This document shows positions 52,408 through 64,000 of a DNA stretch of 64,000 nt, one piece after another. The position numbers and the translations under genes were made by a program. The notes under the pieces are model-generated. The model saw only the letters and a list, made by a program, of their open reading frames with translations, ran no database searches and was not told the origin of the DNA. Origin of the DNA: Tubulanus polymorphus (lineage: Eukaryota; Animalia; Nemertea); the NCBI RefSeq assembly GCF_964204645.1, contig NC_134029.1, forward strand, positions 9,016,850 to 9,080,849. The letters are read 5' to 3'. Numbering within the stretch: the stretch's first letter is position 1; every line of letters begins with the position of its first letter.

Positions 52408-55400
52408 TCAGTAGTCGAATATTTGAAAGGCGACAAGCCAGTATATAAAATTGAATATAGCGAAGATTGCAGGAAATGCAATTCGGCTGCCAACGTCCAC
52501 TTTTTCATATATTTTCATCGTTCTTTTTTTCTTCGCTCGATCTCCTTCGCTCGTATTTTCAATGTGTGATTGTATTTCCGAACTGGTCATCGAATTGGTT
52601 TTTGTATGTTCCTTCTGCAATAATGGAAATTACTAAATCTATGAGCAGATACATTCCTCAAAGTTTTTCGTCAAATTTCATGATTGTTCCTTAAATTTTG
52701 CATTTGGTAAAAAGAAACATACATTTCTTACACAAACGCGTAGGAACATATTTGGCAATCAGGTCCGACTTATAAGGATCGAGTTAAGCAAAATGTTGAA
52801 TTCAGAACTGAACTTGAAAAACTAACCATAAATGGAACACTATTGTATCAGCCTATTCGAAACCACCTGAGCTAAACAGAGCCCAGATTTATGTTCTGAA
52901 AAACCATAGAAAATCTGGGTTTGGTTTAGGATAAGGGGCTGCCCATAAAAAACGTCCACACAAAACTGGTGCAAAATTTTGACCACCCCTCCCCCGTGTC
53001 CGCAGAATGTCCTCAATGGATTAACCCAATATTCCCTTTGTCCATGTATAACACACTTAATGATTTGTTCTGGCTTACAGTAATCAAGCAGGAAGAAGGA
53101 TGTCCACATTCAAACCCCTTCCCCTGGTCCACAAAAGTCCGAACTCCTCCTATACCTTGGACGTCTTTTGTAGACAGCCCCAAAGGCTCGTAGATACCTA
53201 AACACCGGCCGAGCAAAACAGTGAAACACTTCTCATCACTGCTCTTAGACTTACGAGAATTTTCATGAGCGTGTTATTGATCTTCGATGTGTCGATCGCC
53301 TTCTTCCATGTTCGAGCGTGGTCTTGTCTGACCAGGTAGTTGACCACCGCAAATTCGAGAGCTGCCGCGAACACGAACGTCAAGCACACAGAAACGTAGA
53401 CATCAATAACCTGGAAGTGATCATTGTTCATAATCATTGTCACTCATCATTTACTACATCGATATTGATTTAATGTGCGGGTATAACGATTTGCGTATAG
53501 GGTATTATGTTTTCATTTTCCAAAGTCACGCGCTTTAATTAAGTGCTTAGCTGAATCATGAAAGCCATTCCAATACGTCATTGTCGCGGTGCGTCGTATT
53601 GGCCGAATAGGCACGAACGACTCTGTGAAAAAAATGTCGACTGCCATTGATGGGCAATAGAAGTCTTGCACTCGATGTCATAGCTTGTTTGCCGACCAGT
53701 GCTGAAAATTGCCGTACTTTACAACAAAAGATCGGGGTATTTATTTACCGAGAGTCTGCCATGTAAATCACGTGTTTGTTCGCCAATCTGGCGTAGTTAA
53801 GTCGAAAAGGCATATGTCTGCAAGGATTGTAGGTAAAATGGCTAAGGAAAAACGGCCAAGGAAAAAAATGACCCTAGAAAAATTTATGAAAGTAAAATTG
53901 GAAAGTAAACTATCTACCGGAAATGTTATCAACATCGACATCTTTATCTCACGACATTATTTGTTTTCTATGAGGCATATTATATAATTTGAGTGAGGTT
54001 TCTATGAGGTATAGTTTCTATGAGGCATATTATATAGTTTGAGTGAATCAATTAGAGTACATATATACCTATAATGAATTCAGTATAGCATATAAATTGG
54101 GATTACTATACACAATGCAAGTCGAGTTGTATTTTTCTGTGGGGCCATCGAGTTCAAGGGCAAATACGTACAGCACAACACCGTGGAGGAAATCATCCAC
54201 ATAATGACTACCAGCGTCATAGTCAGTGAATAGGTTATTGAAAATTTGATTCATATTAAATCTATATGGCAGCGACCAATGCGTTATTCATACGTTTAGC
54301 TGGCCACATGTATTCCCACATTGAGTTAAACTATTCTAGTAAATGAGCATGCCGTTCCGTTTGAACAACTTCCCAGCGAACTAAAATACCCAAACTAATT
54401 CAGGAATTGATCTAACAATCCCAAGAAATGACACGTCAAAATAATGAACTATGAATTTAGTTTAGTTGAAATTAATTAAATCGTAGTTAATTTTTGATTA
54501 AATTTTCCATGGCAATTTTTCCGTTCACTGGCTGCAAGACCTGATGATGACCGTTGTGCGAACAATATACGCGTCACCTCGGGGCAGATGGTGCTTGCAC
54601 GTAGATGATTGCCAATGAAATAATAATGTAAATTGTATCCCCCTAAATAAGCGCTCTATCATTGTTAATGAAATTACCATATACGCTACTGCTAAACTAT
54701 TAATAAAAGGTTGAAGTAAATCCGATATCGAATATTTCACTTGTTATGTTAGCATTTTACAATAACAGTGGAACCTCGTTATAAAAAACTCAGGTTACAA
54801 CGATCCATCGGATGTAACAAATACGGAATTTCGTCCCAAGAAAGACAATTCGATTGATTTCATACTGGATATAACGAACAATCGGTTATAACGACCATAT
54901 TTTCTGGTCCCGTGAAGTTTGTTGTAGAGAAGTTCTACTGTATCTTTATTCAAGTTGAATATTCTTAGAATTTATGTACTAGTACCTAGATTTTAGAATA
55001 TTGACTTTAATGTGGACATAGCAATCGATATCGGATATTGTTTACGAGATGGTTTCCATATAAATCGTTGCCCAATGCATACCTTGATGTAAGATACGTT
55101 CGGAAGACGATACATGATAGCGACTGACTGGCCTGATATAGTAAGAACGGTTAATAAACCCAGTGATATACGAGCCGGCGAAGCGTTTGGGTCCAGCCAG
55201 AACGAAACCCAGGACAACATTACGGTGAGAATCTTCGGAGTGAATATCTGTATGAAGTAGTAGCCGTATTGCCGCGTCAGTAGAAAACTCGCCATCCGGC
55301 ACGGATGAACCCCTGAAGTATATATTGAAAGAAGGAACGTTAGAATGGCTAATTAGTAATTCTGACCTTCCGTGTAGTGAAGCCTAGCGCCACAGCTTAA

Positions 55401-58400
55401 GTGTAGAAACACCAACACAATAAACAGTGGCAGCGACGAGTGGATCACCCGTGGGCCATGGAGTTATGAACTAGACAGACATACGGGGAATCATGGAAAT
55501 CATCACCTTTTAGATAAGGATTGTTAAGCTATTTTTTCTCATCGCTTTTGGTGTTGTAGATTTGTTTCGGTCTGTTCTTGTTTCGCTATGCGTCATAGCG
55601 GGTAAACTCTCGAAAAACATATAACACAACACTGTTTCATGTTTTAAGTTATTGGCGCCTCGAAAGACGTTACCACGCATTATGACCGTAATAAACGTTA
55701 TAAATAACCATTGATAAAACAGTCCATCTGTGTTGAGACAATTAACGAGAATCTCACACCGAAGACGAGAAAAAGATATTTCACAATTTCTGTAGTATCT
55801 CAGTATTCCTGAAGATGACTATTATTTCATAGTCGAAACGTTGAATAAACTACCAGCTCAAGGAAACATTTTCGGACTTTATATTATTTTCTCGTCTTTA
55901 TTGTGGGATTCTCGTTATACTAATATGAATGTTATAAAATCCTTTACTACTCGGGGTTGTCGTAAAACGTCATCTGTATGTGAGTAGTTAGAAATAATGA
56001 ATTGCTATTTCGAACTCGCAGCATTAACTGGTGACCTTTTCTGATATGTCTTTTGCCTACTTATTGATCGAGGATATCTATGATGGACTAGTATTTAGTG
56101 CTTTATAATCACGGAGAATTTTATGACGAACTTGTACGAAGCTGTAAACGGCTGATAGACTGTTCGCCGGCAACATGTTGCACTAATTACCGACGAAGAA
56201 CGCCATAAACGATGAACATAAGACAATTGTGAGCAACAATCAGCGTCCATTGAATTGAAAAGAGAAAGTAAACTCACACAAAAAATAGGGAACACTAACT
56301 ATTACATCATGTACAATTTATGACTTACTAATTTCCTAAATGGCCCAGGTTATTCCATGGACTCGGAGAGTCCATGCTTATTCTTTGGTTGCATCGATTA
56401 AACCTCCCTACTCATCGCACCTTTACACCCTAATTATTTTTCCCAAAGGCGCCATCATTTCTTTATGAATAATTTCCTTGTGCATGTCGTATGCATTGGT
56501 GCTTTGTGCTTCATCGCAATTATTGGTGATTACAGATATTCTACGCTTCGTAACGAAAAAGAGGGCTATCCGTTTATCCCATAATCATGATTATTCTAAT
56601 ACTGCCCAGGAATCGGATGTGATCGTGGTATCGAAGCAGAAAAATGTTTTAGCAGATTTCCCTAACGGTTGTGCAATCGTGATTATTGACGTGATATAAA
56701 AATCAGAATCTACATAGATCTATTTACAAAAAATAAACCACTCGCGATGTAGTAGAAATGGATTCGTGTGTTTACGCATTCGGATGATTTCGCAAAACCC
56801 AACAAGTCGTTTCAGTAAAGGAAGAAGCTATTTCGATTGCCGCGTACAATGTTTGAGTAGCTAACGACAGACAGGGGCGGATCCAGACTGTCGCTGGTAT
56901 GCAGCACGTACGATGGTCGCCATTTCGAGTACCCTCGAGAAATTTTCACGAAAAGGCACCACCTGTGCACAACAGGTGAAAACAATTGATCAAGTAAACA
57001 ATTTTTCATTCAATATGATCAGTTTTCACTTGGAATCTGCCCCGTTGAAATTTCTTTTCTATGTTTCTCCGGTGCCGGGAAAATGCATTAGAATAACATG
57101 AAATTTCATATTTTTGAAATGTTCATCAAACGTCGAAACTTCGTCCCTCGCCGGGCATGGATGGCCCTTTATAATAGATTATCAATGACTCATTCATTTT
57201 ATTGCGCTGTAGCCATTCAGTAGCCCTGGATACACCCCTGGATGATGCACTGGCGTACAATTACAAATCAGCGACAATTAGCAGATGAACGATATCGCCG
57301 CCATTTTGGTGAGCCGTGCGATTCAATACGTAATGTTTCATTGCAAGATTTAGAGCCGTATTTTGCAGGTGGCAGGCCCTCGAGAAATTTAGGAAAAGTA
57401 CTTTTTTCAGATATCATTGTTATTTCCTATAGAATTGCCCTTTTCTGGTTTCTCTAGCCCCAAAAATTTCAAATGCTAGGTACGGCCCTGGCTATTGGTC
57501 CTGTGGGTTAGTTTCGGAATGTTTCTGGCGCGCATTATAGCTGGCGAACTAGATCAACACAAAATATGTTCCTTGTTTCGTTGTTTTTCCTCCTGTGTAT
57601 TCTAGCCTTATAAATGGCCGAAATATTCGAGGGTTTGATAAATATTTCTTCCACTAAATTCAGTTCATTATATTTCATTTCAATTTTATCATCATTGGTT
57701 TTTTCGCTTGAAAAAGCAATTTCCTCTCGTTGCAATAGGATTTAATCCATTGCCCTCGAATATCACGAACAAAAACTAGCAACTTAACTGCATAGGTCAA
57801 AATCAATATCGAAAAATTTTTGTGGGTAACGCACTCTCTTTTTAATCAATAATCTTAATTAGGCCGTTGTGTTCATTTTCAAGTTTCCGTTTGAACATGT
57901 TTCATATGTTTTGCATATTCATGTCGGTTGAACGGAATACGTAAAGCTTTGCTTGTACAACGGTCCATTGAATAGCTAATTCGGGCAATACCTTACTCGA
58001 CAAGATATACCTGACTCGATTTAGTAATCTTATAAGAGCTAAATGTTTCCTGAACGACGATCAATATTTCATTTAGGTTTCAACAGTATTAAGTTATTTT
58101 GACTAACGACCGTTCTGCGAATCGGCCCCAAGATCATCACCCCGTTGTGTTACGATGGAGTAGAAAAATTCGATTTCATTTTTAGAGTTTCGTTGAGCAG
58201 GTGCCGTCGGAAGATAATACTGATAAAAACACTTTTATATCACATTGGCCAGATGTCATGACAATATATCATACTTAGGAATGCTAGGAATACTAAGGAA
58301 CATAATAGCGAAAACGTCAGATAATTTATAATAGCGAAAACGCATAGACGCAACGTCATTGCAGACTTACCGATGCCTTCATATAGTTTTTCGCAATTCC

Positions 58401-61399
58401 TTACTGTAGTGGTCATGTTCGTGCTGAACTCGGGTAATTCTAAATCGCTGTTGAACACTACCGGCTTATAGGCCTTCCATCTGAATACCACGTCCTTTGT
58501 CGTGTGCCCAACTGAAGGCATATTCAAAAAATCATATAGAAATTGATCAATCGTTCACTGATTCGGATATTTTCCAAATTTTGGTTAAGAATGTAGTTTC
58601 CATAACTAAACTTTGGTTGGTGTTCAATGTGATAACGTTTTGGACGAGTGAATACAAGTCAATTTGCACAATGGAAGTTAGCGTAAGCACCTCGCAAAAA
58701 CAAACATTGAGATCGATCCCTGATAGGAGTTGAGAAACTGCAAGCAATGAAACCCTGGTCGATTCAAATACGACACTGCTGAACACGTTTTTCGAATAGA
58801 ATAGAGTTTAGGGTATCTGAGCTGGTGCGAAGTGCAATTGGCTCTTTCGACCATTTGATATATAAAACTTGTCGCACTCAAGTAGCACTACGTGATGTTA
58901 ACAACACAGAACCCCGTTGAAATGTAATCAGTTATAAATCATTCACAGCCCTCCCCTCTAATTTCGGATGTGACATGGTGATAATCGAAATGACAAATAA
59001 TAAAAACTAATGGGAATAGGTTTACGCCCTATTCGCAAACCATCAACGAACCAACACGTCTTTGTTCACGGTTCCCCTTTTCATTCTCAATATGGCCAAG
59101 TAACTAATTTTCAATTAGTCTAGTGGTACTCTATTTATTCAGTAGTAACGATATCTATACGTTATCCATTTCATCCAGTCACCTGTTGCCCGAAAAAGGA
59201 AAGTTCCCGAAAACGTTCGTATTTAATGAATTAGCTGACTCATTTGAAAATGAGATTTATTGTGTTTACGCTGTTATGGTTGTAGAACTTCTACCTGAAC
59301 TCTTTACTGAAGATTTAGGTTCAATTCAGCTTTCGAAATCACGTATCAGATATGAATATACGATTTTTCGATGTATATTACTCACAGGATTCCATGGCCA
59401 TGAAACAGGTTTGCTGGTCGAGCGGAAAGTATCTCAGGTCCATGTGACAGTATAATTTCAGCCACAGCCTGAAACGAAAACAGAAACACAGTAGAAAAAG
59501 GTTAAGGTGTATTCGTGAATCATTTTCAATTTGTAATTAATTGATTACGATGAAAAACGAAATACATATACTGATATATACCTGCGCGTTGGACGCAGAA
59601 TATACGTAGGCTTCAAACCAAAATATATATCGCAATCTGTCTCAAAAATTTCCCCGAGGTTTTGCAATATTTAGTATTCATCTAATCAACGGAGATGATA
59701 CCCCCTTGTATGTTGTTGAATGTTTAAATCATTCACTGGGAGTAGTTGGCACGAAAGACCACAACCACAAAATATAGAGAAGCGATAACGGGTTTTCTGC
59801 ATTAGAGTTGTTCAATATGCATTCCCTGTCCTCGTTCGAGACTCAATTATTTTCCCGGGAAATTCAATACTGGTGTCGGCAGTCGGCCTACGGTTTAACA
59901 TAAGAAATGAATTACACTTTCCTTGTAAAAATTCCAAAAATACCACACTAAAGATTCTTGATGAAAAAAAATATTCACAAACCAACCATATTTAACTAGA
60001 TTACGATTTCCATGAGAACCTTCACGTTTATTGAAAACTATGCATTTAATCCGATGATGGTTACTTTCTAGCTAGTACTTAGTAAAACGGTTCAATAGAA
60101 TTTAATTACATATTAATTGAATGTTTTTCGTATCGTAGTAGGCCTACTCTTCATGGAACTCATAAGAGTCGTCTAAGCCTGGCAGCATGAATAATCAAAC
60201 AAACAAATTCGTTCGAAAATTCTCGATAATTCTGGGGAGATTTTTCGAACGTATTTTGAACCCAAAATCTAAAACTAAATTCAATAACTGTAGACCAGGG
60301 CAACAACAGTGGACCTTGGAATTTGACCATCACCTTTGACTATACAAAATGCGACCATTCGGCATTAGTCTGATCATTCGATTCGGTACGGGCGTTTCAT
60401 GAGCGTAAGACTTTATGGCGTTGCGAAAACACGTATCCGGAGTCCAGATGAGGTGCGCCGCATGGTAGCCTAGATCGACGTATTCGGTTATATCGTCGAA
60501 GGCCAATCGTGGATCGGTCCAACTCTGCCTTAAATTTAAGTCGATAACGTACGCCTGTAAACAGAGCACATGGGAATAGAACTTTAATTAATGACAATCA
60601 GTTAATAACGAAGATGCGAAACCACTCGCTTAACGAGATTTGACTACCGATACCGTCATCAAATCAGCTGCATATAACAAGTGATGCATATATACACAAG
60701 TGCGCATTAATTCTATTACCATGCGCTTACCATGTTAATGGCATCAAAGGACCCGAAGTGGTTGATAAACACGCTGAGGGTAATATTGACAGGTCCTGAA
60801 AAGAAATACGACACTAGAGACCTATTGTAATACGTACTAAAACAATATTAACGCTGGGGCAGATATTGATTCATGACACATTAGGTGCCAAAGGATGCAG
60901 AAAATCTACTTGGTAGTGTAATGAATGCTCGAAGTATTGTGACGATAGAATAACGGGTATTTTACGTATGGAACATGCGAGACTGCGAAAAATATCTGGA
61001 TACGTATCGTCGAGTCTTATGTATGCACTGGTTGCCCGTCTCGAAAAATTAGCATTCTGTTTTTACGCGTTCAAGGGTTTAGAGATAGATAAGCCGAGTA
61101 ATGAAAACTACGAAGTCGTGAGGGAATGCCTTACCTGCATCCTCGAAAGGCCGAGAGTGTTTGTGATAATCACTACTCGCTAAACGGTCTAAATAATCCG
61201 ATAACTTTGCGACACGAATTCCAGGCAAACTACAAACAGAAATTCAAAATCTCGCCATGAGAGTAAGAGAGTTGGCGTTCATTATGCAATGTATGAAGTC
61301 TGAATAAAACAGCACAGAATCGTCTTGAAGTAAACACAAACATCCATGAATGATTTACCTGATGATGAAAAATATCCATGTTTTGAGGTGCCATAACAT
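52408..61399 (-). CDS. Cys-loop ligand-gated anion channel subunit 3 (GlyR/GluCl-like, divergent TM2)
   Basis: Approximate exons: 61359-61399, 61135-61229, 60731-60796, 60334-60554, 59386-59468 (CHMDLRYFPLDQQTC), 58371-58512, 55084-55312 ([17 protein letters not shown]), 53255-53410, 52408-52613. Confidence 0.9.
52934..53181. mobile_element. Tourist/Harbinger-like MITE
   Basis: GGGGCTGCCCATAAAAAACGTCC ... GGACGTCTTTTGTAGACAGCCCC inverted ends. Confidence 0.55.
54766..54940. mobile_element. Tc1/mariner(pogo)-type MITE
   Basis: CAGTGGAACCTCG ... GAGAAGTTCTACTG-TA termini with internal GTTATAAC repeats. Confidence 0.55.
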
Positions 61400-61854
61400 T
61401 TCGCGTATCAAATTGGTTGCATGTCAAATTTATCTATACAAATGTCTAAGCACGTCGTTTCTTTTCAGAGATTTTATCGCGAACGTGCGATAGAGGCACA
61501 TTGATACAGATGTATGCAATTACAACGGAACAGCACGGTACGCTGGCGCGACACGAGTATAATAGTGTGTACTCAGTCGTTAATGCGCATTGTCTCGTCT
61601 GCGATACTGCCACATGCGACTGGTACTGGCACTGGCGCAGGCACTGGTACTGGTACTGGCTGTATTTGTACTCCTGTGATAGACTAGTACTCTATTTTGT
61701 TTTATGACATTTTATGATATAGATGTACTTGGTATCGGTGATGGTTTTCTAGTAGCTCGGTACTGGTACCAGTACATTTACCGTTTTAATCAGTACTCTA
61801 TGGTGCTTCTCTACTTTGTATCGGCCTAGTCTTGAACTGGTTCTGATGCCCTAG

Positions 61855-62095
61855 CTGGGGCGGATCCAAGCTACTATCCCACTGTATTGCAGAATATAGT
61901 CAGAAAAATGTGGATAACATATTTTCTAAAAGTACCTAATGTAACAGGCCCAGAATGCCATTAGATACAAGGGAAAAGTGTCATTTTTAGAATTTTCCAG
62001 GAAGAACCCCAAACCACCCTTTAATGAGCTTCACCGCTAGCATATCATTGAGCAATAATCTTTAAGAATATATATACCGGCTGGATCCGCCCCTG
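61855..62095. mobile_element. MITE with (C)AGGGGCGGATCCAG-type ends (related copies at ~56872-57240 and ~818-1108)
   Basis: GGGGCGGATCCA ... CTGGATCCGCCCCTG inverted termini. Confidence 0.55.
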
Positions 62096-62730
62096 TGCTG
62101 GTACAGACAGTACTGTATTCCGATATTAATATTCATGACACTTAGTACTAGTGAGTGATGGTGATGGTTATATACTCTGATACTAAATGTATATACCCAG
62201 TTTTCTGAAAATGGGACCCAGTTTCTGAAACATAACTCTGGATACTGATCTGAACTAGTTGACATGTTTTTCACGCGGTACTCTGGTACTGGTACGCTGT
62301 TATGGGATGTTCAAAAATGAATACCAGGGTTCCATCACAATGATCGCAAAGATGTCCGATTCTAAGAACGGAATGAGTGATATTTGCCAAGCTAATTGTA
62401 GTTTGTATGATTATTGACATTGCTGATGATAATCCTAATTTAAAGCAATTGCTGATCTTAACTGAATGTTGTGGCGAATATGTAGTTTTATTTTTGTAGA
62501 GAATAAAATTTTTTGTGACATCACGTGGAGTCACGTGATGCTTATCAGTTGTCAGTTACTCTTTGCCTCCGCCCCTCCTGACAACGTGGTTAAGCATTAC
62601 CTCGCGATCCTACAGAGCGTAGAAGCACGAGAAGGACACTTCGTTTCACCGACTTCAATGTCATTTACAGTAATAAATGACCTTATATCAATCAACTACA
62701 TGTCTTGTTTATTTTGCTTCAAACAAAGCT

Positions 62731-63058
62731 CATCCTCGCTTGCCAGGGGTCAGGTATCACTCCCTACCTCGCTTCCACCAGCCCCCTGGCCTCACGAAGC
62801 GTGATTTCATTACTCCCGCTGTTGCGCATGACGTCATATATCGATTTGCGAAATACTTCCTTGTTCAGTAAAACGTTCGCTGATTAGTCTATTTAACGGG
62901 AAAACCAATAGAAGCCTAAAGTCGTTTGTTACAAGCGCTGTGATTGGTACGACCGGATTCTGGTCGGCTAGTAACGACTCCAACGACTCGTGAGGTCAAG
63001 GGGTTCGGCGAACAGCTTTAGCGTATAGTGTGTTCGAATCCCTTGACGGGTGAAGATG
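62731..63058. mobile_element. Family C transposon, copy 2 (9-bp TSD AACAAAGCT)
   Basis: AACAAAGCT at 62722-62730 and 63059-63067; reverse-complement homologue of 51467-51793. Confidence 0.8.
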
Positions 63059-64000
63059 AACAAAGCTCGTCGTTTTCCATTTCTCACGGAGCGAGGATAT
63101 CATAAAATGTTACGTGTATTTGAAAAATTACACTTGGACACTGTTCGATCTTTTCATCTGTGCATTTGGATGTGCTCGAACTAATGTCCCGAGTTGGATA
63201 GAATCCACTTATGAATATTCATAGGAGGATAGATTTAAATTGTACTTAGGGATTTTACAATTCGACTTGGTAAAGAAGAATATTCCCTTTTTACCACAAT
63301 TCAAAATTGCTTTGCATCGAAACTCGTAAGAAGCCCTATTGTGTGAATTTCTTCGATGTTACATTGTTTTCCGATATCATGTAAAAGACAAATACATATA
63401 TATATGTCATACGGCAGTTTAATGTTTTTCACACGTTGCTTATTCGGGGAAGAGACCAGAAATGTCTAATGATTTGATTTCCGTTGTATTCATCGGTGAA
63501 ACTGAAATTTTGCAAAATGGAAGGTATTTTGCAAAATGGAAGGTATGAATATACGAGTACGAATCACTGAAACTAGTACAAGCATAAAGAGATATCAGTT
63601 TTTTGTCCACTTGGGACTTAAGTCCCAAAGGGGTTATTGCGTTCACTTTTCGTCCGTCTGTCCGTTCGTCCGTTCAGTTATTTTGGGGAGTTTTGAAGAC
63701 GATTTCGGTGGATTACTTTGAAATATCTATTTGGTTACACCATGCATCTACCCTAGACGCACCTGCAACCCAAAAACTGGCCCGATCGTTTTCAACATGG
63801 CTGATTGGTTGCCACTGTTGTACACCAAAATCAGCATTTTTACACATTTTTTCGAGGAAAATTTTGAAGACGCTTTAATCAATCTTCTTGATGTTTCATG
63901 TATGTATATCCTCACGAGTCCATCGGCATAAGAGCAGTCGGGCACAACAAGATTGCCATCCTGTAACCTCGTCTTGCCCAAAAAGTTCATTTTTGCCCGA

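Noticed and set aside
51467-63058. Inverted repeat pair bracketing channel gene 3 as a composite transposon
   Set aside because: Each copy has its own distinct TSD, so they are independent insertions.

Overview
Invertebrate-metazoan-type genomic DNA (GT-AG introns, LINE/SINE/MITE debris). Main feature: a 16.2-kb, very AT-rich endogenous Polinton/Maverick-like DNA virus at 7073-23253 with AG...CT termini, ~157-bp terminal inverted repeats and a perfect 6-bp TSD (TATAGA). It encodes a pPolB with an internal deletion, minor and major capsid proteins, a packaging ATPase, an rve integrase with two nonsense codons, a giant-virus-type HNH endonuclease, zinc-finger proteins and about seven predicted membrane proteins. 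I see no maturation protease. Fourteen of its ORFs start with TAAATG, and eight of those have an upstream T-tract, which is the poxvirus late-promoter architecture. Its right end is a 268-bp bulged hairpin whose loop and mismatch pattern recur in a diverged orphan terminus at 40207-40350. Together these hint at a membrane-containing, helper-virus-dependent (virophage-like) animal Polinton lineage; this is inference and needs testing. Host genes: an 11-exon secreted gamma-glutamyltranspeptidase-like gene with an altered substrate site (25826-33165, +) and three tandem anion-type Cys-loop receptor genes (33940-61399, -). All calls come from reading the sequence; no searches were run.
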